Positions 1 to 9,788 of a DNA stretch of 31,277 nt are shown piece by piece. Position 1 is the stretch's first letter. Each line of letters begins with the position of its first letter. Under the pieces are notes generated by a model, which made no database searches, was not told where the DNA came from, and was given only the letters and a program-made list of their open reading frames with translations. Source of the DNA: a virus (lineage: Duplodnaviria > Caudoviricetes); IMG/VR virus record IMGVR_UViG_3300030059_000068, positions 1 to 31,277 of that record. The stretch is one strand, 5' to 3'. The position numbers and the translations under genes were made by a program.

Positions 1-2022
1 ACTACTAAATCATGGTGGGGCGTAGACTTTGGCAGTGGACAAACTAAAACAATTAAATCTGCTACGTTGTTTGGAAACCAACCGGGAGACGGTTCTGCTG
101 CTGGATTTATCTTTACCTCTGGCGCAGTCACTTGGACACTTTTTGGTAGTAACTCCGCAGTAGCAACAAGCAGTAATGATCTGTCGGGAACAACAACTTT
201 AGGAACGGCTGCTGTTGCAGACGGTGTTACAAAAGGTGCAACGGTGGTTATAGACGCCGCTGGTAACAGTTCAGCTTTTAGATTTTATTATGTGCAGATG
301 AACACCACACTCAGCACACGTAGATTGTTAGGAGAGATACAACTTTATGAAACAGACGGTGGCGGAATAGCTAAAGATAGTTCTGGAGAAAATAATGATT
401 TTGCAGCACTTGGTGCTTGGGTAGCCACAGATCAGTTTATAGATACACCTAGCAAAAACTTTGCAACTTTTGATACTGATAATAACCAAAGCAATATTTT
501 ATCTGAAGGCAATACAAAACTTGCTCCCGGTGCATCAGGGTGGCAAAGTACTGCTGCAACTTTAAGAGGGTTAACAAGTGGTAAGTTTTATTTTGAATTT
601 ACACCAGAAACTGCAAATTCTAACATTGCGCTAGGCATAGGTTCACCTCCTTTTGTTACTACTGGTGGGACTTTACCCGGTAGTAATGTTAATGAGTATT
701 CATATTATTTTGCCGATGGTAATATTTTTAATAACGGAGTTTTTACAGCGTATGGTAGTGCTGTTGGTGCGGGTGTAGTTGTAGGAGTTGCCATAGATTT
801 AGATAACAATAAAATCTTTTTTGCTAGAAATAATACTTTTGAAGATTCGGGCAATCCTGTAACAGGCGCTAACGCTGCTTTTACAATAACAGGAAATATA
901 TCCTACGATATTGTTGTAGGCATGACAAACAGTGTCACTACAGCTAATAACACTATAAATTTTGGAGGACAGTCTGCATTTGCATTCACCCCTCCAACAG
1001 GATTTGTTGCAGTCAACCAAGACAACCTAGATGATACTCAGTCTAAGCTTACAGCATTTGCTTGGATAAAAAACAGAGATGCCGCTGATAACCACATGCT
1101 TTTTGATAGAGTCAGAGGCGTGGGTAATGACTGGCACTCTAATGCTCCGGAAGCAGAAGTATTTAACGTCAACACGGTTCAGAGATTTCTTCAAAGAGGT
1201 GTACAAGTTGGTAATAACGCAGAGGTAAATACTGTCAATGAATCATTCATTATGTGGCAATGGCTTATGGGAGACGCTGCTACAACTGGAACTTTAAATG
1301 AAGAAGGTAGCATAGACAGCACAATAATTACTGCTGCTTCTGAACATTTTAGTGTAGGTACTTACACGGGAAATGCCACAGATAATGCCACGGTTGGACA
1401 TGGTCTTGGTGGATCACCCGAGATGATTATAGTAAAAACTCTACCAGATGCAGTACACGGTGTCTGCTGGCACAAAGACGTAGCACTCTCACCTAATGCA
1501 AATGCAAATGCAGACTGGGCAAGAAATACTGCGTTTGCTGTAAATAGTGCAAAGTTTGGAGGAACGAGTAGTACACTCCCTAGCTCAACAGTTTTTAAAA
1601 TGGGCAATAACGCCGAAATTAATCCCTCTTCAAAAAGTGTGCTTTTCTATGCATTCAGGTCAATTCCTGGGGTGTGTCACGTGTCGAGTTATTCAGGAAA
1701 TAGTGCCAATAATGGACCATATATTAGTACAGGATTTTTGCCTCGTTGGGTTATGATTAAACAGACTGCTTCTTCGAACCGGTCTTGGAATATATTAGAC
1801 ACAGCTAGAGAACCATTTAACGCTGCTAATCCGTTTGTTCTTCTGGCAGATAGCACAATAGTAGACCAGGCTGGATTAATAGGAGATTTTGATTTTTTAG
1901 CCGATGGGTTTAAGATAAGGGCTAGTTCAGCTAATGCTAACACAAACGGAGAGAATTTCATCTACATAGCCATGGCAGACATAGGCGGCAACGGAACACT
2001 ACCTCCAATTTACGGACGGTAA
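1..2022 (+). CDS. Tail fibre / receptor-binding protein, 5'-truncated (discoidin-like, SPRY/ConA-like and marine-phage fibre C-terminal domains)
   Basis: Frame 1 is open from base 1 (TTKSWWGVDFGSGQTKTIKSATLF), so the gene starts upstream of the window. WWGVDFG...GEIQLYE is discoidin-like and TSGKFYFEFT...VGVAIDLDNNKIFFARNN is SPRY-like. WIKNRD...HMLFDRVRG and FSVGTYTGN...VGHGLG..PEMIIVK are typical of marine phage fibres. The protein is Gly/Asn/Thr-rich. Confidence 0.8.
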   Translation, partial: TTKSWWGVDFGSGQTKTIKSATLFGNQPGDGSAAGFIFTSGAVTWTLFGSNSAVATSSNDLSGTTTLGTAAVADGVTKGATVVIDAAGNSSAFRFYYVQMNTTLSTRRLLGEIQLYETDGGGIAKDSSGENNDFAALGAWVATDQFIDTPSKNFATFDTDNNQSNILSEGNTKLAPGASGWQSTAATLRGLTSGKFYFEFTPETANSNIALGIGSPPFVTTGGTLPGSNVNEYSYYFADGNIFNNGVFTAYGSAVGAGVVVGVAIDLDNNKIFFARNNTFEDSGNPVTGANAAFTITGNISYDIVVGMTNSVTTANNTINFGGQSAFAFTPPTGFVAVNQDNLDDTQSKLTAFAWIKNRDAADNHMLFDRVRGVGNDWHSNAPEAEVFNVNTVQRFLQRGVQVGNNAEVNTVNESFIMWQWLMGDAATTGTLNEEGSIDSTIITAASEHFSVGTYTGNATDNATVGHGLGGSPEMIIVKTLPDAVHGVCWHKDVALSPNANANADWARNTAFAVNSAKFGGTSSTLPSSTVFKMGNNAEINPSSKSVLFYAFRSIPGVCHVSSYSGNSANNGPYISTGFLPRWVMIKQTASSNRSWNILDTAREPFNAANPFVLLADSTIVDQAGLIGDFDFLADGFKIRASSANANTNGENFIYIAMADIGGNGTLPPIYGR

Positions 2023-2043
2023 TTTAACAAAGGAACTAAGAAT

Positions 2044-2604
2044 ATGTGGGCAAGAATTATGGGCAGTCAGTTGGTAGAAATTATCAACACTCCTAAAGGT
2101 ATGACGATTAATGGTATTCAATACCCTGTTTCAATCTTTACTAGAGCATGGACAGATGCAGCTAGAAAAGCACTAGGTATTGTACCTTATGTTTATACAG
2201 GTAGCTCTGTTGAGAATATGTTTTATACAACCTCTGAAGCTTCTCCTTCTGTAGAAGAAGATAGGGTAGTTGTAGCCAAGACACAGTCTGCCAGAGATAT
2301 GGCTAGTATTAAAGTTGTGATGAAGGATCATGTTAGTTCTGTTCTTTCTAGATACCTTACTCAAACAGACTGGTATCATATTAGAAAAATAGAAACTGAT
2401 GAAGCACTTCCTGCTGCTATATCTAAGTGGCGTTCTGATCTTAGAGCAAAAGCTGTAGCTTTAGAAACTACCATAGATGCAGCAACAGATGTTGCAGGTC
2501 TTGAAGCCATGACAGTCTACACTACAGAGATGCAAGATGCAGGTAAGGAAGCCTCAGAGTTTGATGAGTGGCCTGTTGATCCTAGAAAAGAAGTGTTAGG
2601 GTAA
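2044..2604 (+). CDS. Tail fibre assembly chaperone-like protein
   Basis: Follows the fibre directly and has an RBS (aaagga) upstream. LTQTDWYHIRKIET...W RSDLR and the C-terminal WPVDP match the phage tail-assembly chaperone pattern. Confidence 0.65.
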   Translation: MWARIMGSQLVEIINTPKGMTINGIQYPVSIFTRAWTDAARKALGIVPYVYTGSSVENMFYTTSEASPSVEEDRVVVAKTQSARDMASIKVVMKDHVSSVLSRYLTQTDWYHIRKIETDEALPAAISKWRSDLRAKAVALETTIDAATDVAGLEAMTVYTTEMQDAGKEASEFDEWPVDPRKEVLG

Positions 2605-2609
2605 AACTA

Positions 2610-3002
2610 ATGAAGTTTTTAAAATATCTTATTCTTGGTATATTCTTTGCTACACTTCCAGCATGTAGTACACTAGGAGAAGAAGAAACTTGGTCTAAAG
2701 GAGATAAAGTATCATCTTTTTTTATCTGTAGAACAGAAGGAGATATAATGGCAGTAGCTTTAGCAGATTCTAAAGATAGACATCTACTACGCCAAAGTAT
2801 TTTTAAAAAAACAATAACACAAGATTGTTTAAATTTAAATCCTTCTTTATCTTTTATTGTAAAAGAAGTAATAGGTAGTTATATAGATCATAATAATATA
2901 AAAACAAGTATCCTGTCTATTTCTTTTCCTAATAAAGAAGATACAACTGTTTACATTATTGCTGCCGGTTCACCAGTTAGTTTTAAAAATAACTCTTTTT
3001 AA
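2610..3002 (+). CDS. Predicted lipoprotein
   Basis: MKFLKYLILGIFFATLPA-C has a basic N-terminus, a hydrophobic core and a lipobox-like LPAC. The gene is visibly more AT-rich than its neighbours. Confidence 0.65.
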   Translation: MKFLKYLILGIFFATLPACSTLGEEETWSKGDKVSSFFICRTEGDIMAVALADSKDRHLLRQSIFKKTITQDCLNLNPSLSFIVKEVIGSYIDHNNIKTSILSISFPNKEDTTVYIIAAGSPVSFKNNSF

Positions 3003-3013
3003 GGAAAATAGCA

Positions 3014-3934
3014 ATGGCTTCTTTTAGTGATAATTTAAGATTAGAACTTCAATCAGATGGAGAAAATCCTAATACGTGGGGTACGATCCTTAATGACAAT
3101 GTTATTAAACTAATTGACTCTGCTATTACAGGATATACTTCTGTTCATGTCTGTGCTGGAGGAAGTGATGTTGTTTTACCTTTAGGTAATGGGAGTGCAG
3201 TACAATCAAGAAATGCAGTTTTAAAATTTGCAGGAGCAGTATCAGCAAATACTAATGTTATTATTCCTGCTAAATCTAAAATTTATATTATTAATGACGA
3301 ATCAACCAGAGTAGGTAGTTCAACACTTACAGTTAAAACTAGTGCAGCTACAGGAGGAACAGGTAGAGCAATTCCTGTAGGTTCTAGTGAACTAATATAC
3401 TGTGATGGTGTTTCTGTTTTTGGTCTTAATAATATAGGATTAAATTTAGGAACTGCTTCTGAATTAAATTTTGGTACTTCGATTAATGAACTAATTCCTG
3501 TATCTTCTGCTGATGTAAAATATGTCCAAGCTTCTGTATCTTCTAATATATCAGGAAATAAAGTGTTTCAAGGTACAGCTTCCTTTACATCAGCTACAGG
3601 ATTTACTTCTAAAGTATTTAATACACCTACTACACTAGTAGGTTCTACTTCTATTACTCCTAACTTTGCAGTTAATAATGCTTTTTCTGTTACTCTTACA
3701 GCTAATGTTACTTTACAAAATCCTACTAATCCTACAGTGGGTCAATCAGGAACAATATATCTTATTCAAGATGGTACAGGGTCAAGGACTATGGTATTTG
3801 GAGGAGCATATAAATTCCCGGCTGGTACTGTTCCTGTCCTAAGTACCTCTGTAAGTGCAGTAGACTTATTTGTATATAATGTAAGAGAAACTTCTGCTGT
3901 AGATTCAGTTGTAATTAAAAACTTTGGACGATAA
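3014..3934 (+). CDS. Tail structural protein (fibre adaptor / short fibre)
   Basis: The N-terminus MASFSDNLRLELQSDGENPNTWGTILN resembles podovirus fibre-attachment N-termini. It has a beta-rich C-terminal domain (FSVTLTANVTLQNPTN...LIQDGTGSRT...FPAGTVPVLST) and an RBS aagga. Confidence 0.65.
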   Translation: MASFSDNLRLELQSDGENPNTWGTILNDNVIKLIDSAITGYTSVHVCAGGSDVVLPLGNGSAVQSRNAVLKFAGAVSANTNVIIPAKSKIYIINDESTRVGSSTLTVKTSAATGGTGRAIPVGSSELIYCDGVSVFGLNNIGLNLGTASELNFGTSINELIPVSSADVKYVQASVSSNISGNKVFQGTASFTSATGFTSKVFNTPTTLVGSTSITPNFAVNNAFSVTLTANVTLQNPTNPTVGQSGTIYLIQDGTGSRTMVFGGAYKFPAGTVPVLSTSVSAVDLFVYNVRETSAVDSVVIKNFGR

Positions 3935-3937
3935 GAA

Positions 3938-5860
3938 ATGACATCCACCTCTTCTAAATTTTTTAAACTAGATTTTAAACCAGGATTTCACCGAGAGACT
4001 ACTCAGTATGCTGAAGCTGGTTCTTGGTTTGATGGTGATCGTGTACGTTTTAGGAGAGGCAAACCAGAAAATTTAAGAGGTTATCAGAAAGAACATGCGG
4101 TTGCTTTTGCTGGTGTAGGTAGAGACTTGCTTACATGGGCAAACGATAATACACAAAAACTTTTATCAGTAGGAACAGAAAAAAAATTATTTATTTTATC
4201 AGGAGATATTAATTTTGATGTTACTCCAATTACTGAAGTTGTATCTATTGGATCATTAGGTACAAAAGGAAGTTTTGCTACTTCAACAGGTAGTCCTCTA
4301 ATAGAAGTAAGTTTAAATAATACAGGTACTAGTGTAGGAGACTCTATTTTATTTTCTGCTTGTTCTTTAAATGGTTTCACACAAGGTACTAACTTTGCTG
4401 CTACATCTTTTGGTGGACCAGTTTATGTAGTTGCTTCTACTAGTGGCTTAAATCATTTTTATGTAAGTACTTTAAATACTGCAGTTAGTACTGTGACAGG
4501 TGGTAAAGGAGTAGCTAGTTTTCTTCTTGCTCCTGGACAAGCAAACAATATACAAGGATTAGGTTATGGTGCTGGAGTATATAATGCAGGTACAAGTTTA
4601 GCTTCTGCTGCTGGTGGTAGAGGTTGGAGTAGACCCGCTCTATCTTCTAACATTACTTTCCTTGCTACTCAATGGTCATTAGACACTTGGGGTGAAGATA
4701 TGTTAGCAGTACGTAGAGGTAGTCAACTATTTCATTGGGATGCAGATGCAAGCATTACACCTGAAAGAGCAACTATAGTTAGTACCAGTCCTTCTATTAT
4801 AAATAGTATAGTAGTATCTCCTAATGACAGACATGCTATAGCTTTAGGTACTAATGAATTTGGTACAGGAGATTTTAATCCCTTACTAATACGTTGGTCA
4901 GATCAAGAAGACTTTACTAACTGGACGCCATCAGTTTCTTCTACATCAGGTGAACTACAACTTATCGAAGGTACACGTATTGAAGGTGCAATACGAGGAC
5001 GTAATGCAATTCACGTATTTACTGATAACGGTATGTATGGACTACAATTTGTTGGTCCTCCCTTTATCTTTAGCTTAACTCTATTAGGTAGCAACTGTGG
5101 CGCTATTGGTCCACATGCAGCAGTAGCTGTAGATGGTGCATCTTTCTGGATGGGTGAGAATAACTTCTATGCATTTGATGGTAGAGTACGTAAACTTGAT
5201 TGTACTGTTCGTAGATTTGTTTATGATAATATAAACTTAGTAAATAAAGATAAAATATTTGCAGCTATTAATTCTGAGTTTCATGAAATTGTTTGGTTAT
5301 ACCCTTCTGGAGAATCAACTGAACCTAATGCATATGTTGCTTATAATTATATGGAAGATGTGTGGACATATGGTACAGGATTTTATACTACATTTGCAGA
5401 TAGTAATGTATTTGATAATACAGTTGCTACAGGAGAATTAGCTGGTACAGGAGCAGGTGGTAACCCAGCAGTAAGTATACCTACAAGTACAGGTCAATTT
5501 ATCTGGGCAAATGAACCTACATCTGTATTTACAGGTGATACATCTATTGCTCTCACTTCGTTTCTTGAATCGTCTGACTTTGATATAGCAGATGGTACAG
5601 ATATGATGTTTGTAAATAGACTTATTCCTGACTATTCTTTTAATGATACTGGAGTACTACAATTTAAAATAAATACACAAGAATATCCTGCTGCCACTAC
5701 AATAGGTATAGGACCATTCGCCATTAACCGTAATACTAAGAAGGTAGACTTTAGAGCAAGAGGACGACAAGGCAATGTACGAGTCTCTACAGGACTTCTA
5801 GGCACATCATGGAGATGGGGTAGTGTACGACTAGCTGCTCAACCGGATGGTAAACGATAA
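3938..5860 (+). CDS. Tail hub/nozzle protein (P22 gp10-like 'DNA stabilisation' / tail tubular B type)
   Basis: Motifs FKPGF..ETT.YA...W.DGDRVRFRRGKPE, LIRWSDQED...W.P, LQFVGPPFIF, NCGAIGPHA and FWMG..NFYAFDG. Beta-propeller-like composition, and size and position typical of a podovirus nozzle. Confidence 0.7.
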   Translation: MTSTSSKFFKLDFKPGFHRETTQYAEAGSWFDGDRVRFRRGKPENLRGYQKEHAVAFAGVGRDLLTWANDNTQKLLSVGTEKKLFILSGDINFDVTPITEVVSIGSLGTKGSFATSTGSPLIEVSLNNTGTSVGDSILFSACSLNGFTQGTNFAATSFGGPVYVVASTSGLNHFYVSTLNTAVSTVTGGKGVASFLLAPGQANNIQGLGYGAGVYNAGTSLASAAGGRGWSRPALSSNITFLATQWSLDTWGEDMLAVRRGSQLFHWDADASITPERATIVSTSPSIINSIVVSPNDRHAIALGTNEFGTGDFNPLLIRWSDQEDFTNWTPSVSSTSGELQLIEGTRIEGAIRGRNAIHVFTDNGMYGLQFVGPPFIFSLTLLGSNCGAIGPHAAVAVDGASFWMGENNFYAFDGRVRKLDCTVRRFVYDNINLVNKDKIFAAINSEFHEIVWLYPSGESTEPNAYVAYNYMEDVWTYGTGFYTTFADSNVFDNTVATGELAGTGAGGNPAVSIPTSTGQFIWANEPTSVFTGDTSIALTSFLESSDFDIADGTDMMFVNRLIPDYSFNDTGVLQFKINTQEYPAATTIGIGPFAINRNTKKVDFRARGRQGNVRVSTGLLGTSWRWGSVRLAAQPDGKR

Positions 5861-6129
5861 TGCTTTATCCTAACTTACCGGATTATACTAGTTTAAAAAC
5901 AGATGACCTACAAAGATTTTATAGAGAGTTGTTAGTATATACAGATGAATTAAAATTTTTATTAGAGACAAGAGATACTGAATTAAATACTAGACCTGCT
6001 TCTAATATATTAACAGTTGTTACTGTAGTTTCTATAGGAAGACCTGCTAGTGGTAATGTAGTATTTGCTGCAAGTGCAGGTAAGTTTAGAGGATTTGTAA
6101 GTGGAACAGGATGGGTGGACTTTAACTAA
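5860..6129 (+). CDS. Small tail protein (possible needle/plug-like), hypothetical
   Basis: TAATG overlap with the nozzle gene. Helical N-half and a short beta C-terminus ending GTGWVDFN. Confidence 0.45.
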   Translation: MLYPNLPDYTSLKTDDLQRFYRELLVYTDELKFLLETRDTELNTRPASNILTVVTVVSIGRPASGNVVFAASAGKFRGFVSGTGWVDFN

Positions 6130-6338
6130 TGACAAGTACAACATATAAAGATTTACTGAATAATACTTATTTAGAAAATATGAATACTGGTTTAACTCAA
6201 CAACCAGAGTATTTCGGTAAGACAACTACTGTTGGTCTGGCGAATCAGAAGCAACCATTGTATAATAATCAGAGTACTATGCAAGCAGATATGACACTGG
6301 CTCAATCTAATTACATGAATCCACAGAGAGTTTTATAA
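6129..6338 (+). CDS. Hypothetical Asn/Gln/Thr-rich protein
   Basis: TAATG overlap upstream and abuts the next ATG. It fills the gap in the operon exactly. Confidence 0.55.
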   Translation: MTSTTYKDLLNNTYLENMNTGLTQQPEYFGKTTTVGLANQKQPLYNNQSTMQADMTLAQSNYMNPQRVL

Positions 6339-9300
6339 ATGGCTTATATGCAACCACCTCAACGGGGTATTCCTAGACTTTTGGCTATGAAAGACCCTAC
6401 TAATCCTGTTCTTATGCATATGTCTCCTATGGAAGCACAGCAGATAACAGCTATGCGTGGTCAAGGGTTTAATCCTCAGACTGGTTTACCTGTATTAGGT
6501 AGAGCAGAGGGTGGTATGCTTCAGTCAAGAAAACCTCCTTATAGTGATGTAGCACAAGAGTTAGAAGAAAAAGGTAGGTACGGAGATACACATCTGCTTC
6601 ATGTTAGGGATGATGAACTACAAGGTTTATCTTCTTTAGGTCAGTTAACAATTAATCCAGACACAGGATTACCTGAAGCATTTAGTTTTAAATCTCTTCT
6701 TCCTGCAATAGGAGCAATTGCTGGTGCAGCTTTAGCACCATTTACTTTTGGTACAAGTATGTTGGCAGTTGGTGCAATGGCAGGACTAGGTAGTTTTGCT
6801 GGTGGACTTGCTGCTGGTCAAGGCGTAGGGCAAGCTGCACTAGGTGGTTTAATGTCAGGTGTTACAGCCGGATTTATGTCAGGTGCACCTGTAGGTTTAG
6901 AGGCACTTGGATCAGAAGGTGTGATGGGTGGTGTTGGTGAATTAGGTGTTGAAGCAGCATTCACAGGTGTAGGAGAAGCAGTACCGGGTGCTATAGGTTC
7001 TACTACTGCTAGTATAGCGGGTAGTACTGCAGCATCACAAGCAGCAACACAAGCAGCATCTGCGGCTGGTTTATCAGCACCTTTGGCACCCGGCGCATCA
7101 CTCCAGTACAAATCGTTATTGCCGACACCAGTACAAGCAGCTAATACTATGGTGCCAAGGGGGTTGGAGACTGCGGCTTCGAGGGCGGCTGATCAATCCT
7201 TTCTGTCAGGCCAAGCTGCAAATGTAGCTTCAAGACAAGCTTTAACCACTACCGCACCAAACATACCTGCAGGTGCATTTGCACGTATTGATCCTACAAC
7301 TTACCAACCACCCAATGAGTTTAAACAATTTTTTGGTGCTGATGATTTAAATAAAGTATCAAGTGGAGACTTAGGTGGTGGATATTTAACAAGACAGCAA
7401 TCTATAGATGCAGGAATGATGCCAAGTGATATTTCTTTTTCTGAAAGAGCGGGTCAATTAGCTAGTTCTCCCAGTACATATATAGGAGCAGTAGGTAATG
7501 TATTAACCCAACCACCAGAATATGGTGAGTTTGAAGAAGAAGATTTAACTCTATCAGGATCATCCTATATTCCTCGTACTCGTAGGTTAGTTGGTGGAGA
7601 ACAACGACCTGCGGGAACTACAGAAGAAATACGTAATCGTTATATTCAGGGTGGCGATGCTCAACCTTTAGTTTCTCCTTATAGGTTTGTAGCAGAGGGT
7701 GGTTTAGTTGGTTTAACTCCAGACAGTCAGTCAAAAGAATTTATTAGTAGTTCTTCATTATCTGCACTATCAAAAACACCTGAAGATAGAAAAATTACAA
7801 GAGGTGTGTCTACTCCCTCATCACAAAAGACTATGGGTATTCAAGAAATATTCAATAATATTCAAGGTCAAGGAACAAATGGATTTCTATCCGCTATACT
7901 AGCACATACTCTATCATCAAACCCTGAAGCAATGTCTCTTATTAATAAAAGTAATAATCAAAGTTCTCCAAGACATTTACAACTTCAAGAGTTTGGTTTA
8001 GGAAAACATGGTTACTTTGATACAGGTGCAAAAGGATTACAATCTTCAGCAAGTGGAGGTTTAATAGGTTTATCAGGAGGAGGTATGACTAATGGAAATT
8101 CCAGTTCTTATAGTTCTAATAACGCTCCTAGTTTTAATGGAGGTGGACAACCAGAACAAATGTCCTTCTTGCCTATATCTTTACAACATATGATGAATAG
8201 GCTAGGAGCAACAGACCCTGCTCCTTTTATAGAATTTGCTAAAAGAACACGAGATGTAGAGAGTAGTGGGGGAAGAGATAAGATTAATGATAAAAGTAGT
8301 GCACGAGGTAACTATCAATGGTTAACGAAGGTTGATCCTAAAGCTAAAAAGGGTGAACATAATTCAGTAAAAACTGCTGCAAATAGATTACAGAAAATTT
8401 ATAGAGATGCAGAACAAGATATTCCTCAGTGGTTAAAAACTTTAGATATAAACTCTACTAAGAGTACAAAAGATTTAGAAAAAAATGTATTGTCTTTAAC
8501 CTCCGAGCAAGAAGATCAATTATTTTATGCTAATATAAATTTAGCTAAAGGCAGTGACCAGTATTTACCACTTATAGCACAGGGTGATACAGAAGCAATG
8601 TTAAATGCTTATGGTGAAATTCATCATACTAATATGAAAAAACCTACAAGAGATGTAGCAGAAAATATTTTCTTATCTGAGTTTAAGATAGATGCTCCAA
8701 TCAATGTTGGTCAAGGAACAGGATTAGATTCTCTTTCTCAGGATGTAGTTTCTGAAACTATGGTTGATGAGCGTATAAATACGCCCTATACTGTACAACA
8801 GGGAGATACTTTAAGTCAGTTAGCTGCTAAATCAGGCATATCTGTAGATGATATTATGAAAGCTAATTTAGGTAGGATTTCTGATCCAGATAAAATTTAT
8901 ACTGGTCAACAAATAGCATTGAGTGATTCATCTGATATACCTAATCCTGTTAGAATGGGTAGTCAAGGTGATGAATCTTCTATGGATTCTATACTAGAGA
9001 CAATAAAGCAATTTCTTCCCAACTTTGCCGAAGGTGGAGGTATTAGTCAATACTATGCAGAGGGAGGAGATATAGGTCGTTATTATGAAGGTCAGGTAGT
9101 GGGACAAGGTGATGGCATGTCAGATCAAATGTTGTTTGAAGTACAAGGGGATAATCCTGATAAAGCGTTGCTAAGTAGGGATGAATATGTTATACCTGCG
9201 GACGTAGTAGCTATGTTAGGTAATGGTTCTTCTAATGCAGGAGCAGAGCAGCTAGATCATTTTATGAAGGGTATTAGACAACAGTCTTTTGGTACTACAA

Positions 9301-9350
9301 AACAGCAGAAACAAATGAATCCACAACAAGGACTAGCACAGTTAGCCTAA
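6339..9350 (+). CDS. Multidomain internal virion/ejection protein with a Gly-rich hydrophobic segment, a lysozyme-like (SLT) domain and LysM
   Basis: SLT-like DVESSGG...SSARGNYQW at about 8250-8321. LysM YTVQQGDTLSQLA...I..ANL..I.DPDKIYTGQQI at 8787-8921. GxxxG hydrophobic tract at about 6680-6900. Recurrent xAEGG motifs and a C-terminal GDGMSD...LSRDEYVIPADVV domain. Confidence 0.75.
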   Translation: MAYMQPPQRGIPRLLAMKDPTNPVLMHMSPMEAQQITAMRGQGFNPQTGLPVLGRAEGGMLQSRKPPYSDVAQELEEKGRYGDTHLLHVRDDELQGLSSLGQLTINPDTGLPEAFSFKSLLPAIGAIAGAALAPFTFGTSMLAVGAMAGLGSFAGGLAAGQGVGQAALGGLMSGVTAGFMSGAPVGLEALGSEGVMGGVGELGVEAAFTGVGEAVPGAIGSTTASIAGSTAASQAATQAASAAGLSAPLAPGASLQYKSLLPTPVQAANTMVPRGLETAASRAADQSFLSGQAANVASRQALTTTAPNIPAGAFARIDPTTYQPPNEFKQFFGADDLNKVSSGDLGGGYLTRQQSIDAGMMPSDISFSERAGQLASSPSTYIGAVGNVLTQPPEYGEFEEEDLTLSGSSYIPRTRRLVGGEQRPAGTTEEIRNRYIQGGDAQPLVSPYRFVAEGGLVGLTPDSQSKEFISSSSLSALSKTPEDRKITRGVSTPSSQKTMGIQEIFNNIQGQGTNGFLSAILAHTLSSNPEAMSLINKSNNQSSPRHLQLQEFGLGKHGYFDTGAKGLQSSASGGLIGLSGGGMTNGNSSSYSSNNAPSFNGGGQPEQMSFLPISLQHMMNRLGATDPAPFIEFAKRTRDVESSGGRDKINDKSSARGNYQWLTKVDPKAKKGEHNSVKTAANRLQKIYRDAEQDIPQWLKTLDINSTKSTKDLEKNVLSLTSEQEDQLFYANINLAKGSDQYLPLIAQGDTEAMLNAYGEIHHTNMKKPTRDVAENIFLSEFKIDAPINVGQGTGLDSLSQDVVSETMVDERINTPYTVQQGDTLSQLAAKSGISVDDIMKANLGRISDPDKIYTGQQIALSDSSDIPNPVRMGSQGDESSMDSILETIKQFLPNFAEGGGISQYYAEGGDIGRYYEGQVVGQGDGMSDQMLFEVQGDNPDKALLSRDEYVIPADVVAMLGNGSSNAGAEQLDHFMKGIRQQSFGTTKQQKQMNPQQGLAQLA

Positions 9351-9788
9351 ATGAAAATTATAAAAGTAGATAAAGAACTTATACCATATATGTGGTCTTT
9401 TGTTTCTGATCTTTTAGCTAAACCGTTAGATAGGAGTTTTGGAGAAACAAGATTAGAAGACATATATACTTATTTATGTGAAGGTTATCAAGATTTATGG
9501 ATAGTTAAAGATACAGATAACTCTATACTAGTAGCTTGTAATGCACAAGTAGTAATATATCCTACTCAAAAAGTATATCAGATAATTCTTGTGGGAGGAG
9601 GTGGTTTTAAAGTTAAGGACTGGGTACATGAATGTTGGAAAGAAGATTCTTCTATTCTAAAATATGCTAAACAACAAGGATGTGTTAGAATAGAAAGTAT
9701 TGTTAGAGATGGTTTACTTAAAACTTTAAGTGGTTATGATTTTAAAAAAACAGGAACATTAGTTCATAAGATAATTGGAGAATATTAA
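9351..9788 (+). CDS. GNAT-like protein (P22 gp14 / T7 gp13 position), paralog 1
   Basis: W..V...L.KPLDRS, LWIV, IYP..KV.QIILVGG and AKQQGCVRIE..RDG match the pattern of phage acyltransferase-fold proteins found upstream of ejection genes. Confidence 0.6.
   Translation: MKIIKVDKELIPYMWSFVSDLLAKPLDRSFGETRLEDIYTYLCEGYQDLWIVKDTDNSILVACNAQVVIYPTQKVYQIILVGGGGFKVKDWVHECWKEDSSILKYAKQQGCVRIESIVRDGLLKTLSGYDFKKTGTLVHKIIGEY

Noticed and set aside
1-2022. Diversity-generating retroelement or invertase-type variation of the tail fibre
   Set aside because: No reverse transcriptase, template repeat or invertible repeats were seen in the window.
7083-7158. 8-bp inverted repeat TTGGCACC/GGTGCCAA with an internal CCAGTACAA direct repeat, in a slightly GC-rich patch
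   Set aside because: It is short, in-frame within an Ala/Pro-rich linker, has no target duplication or second copy, and is compatible with chance.
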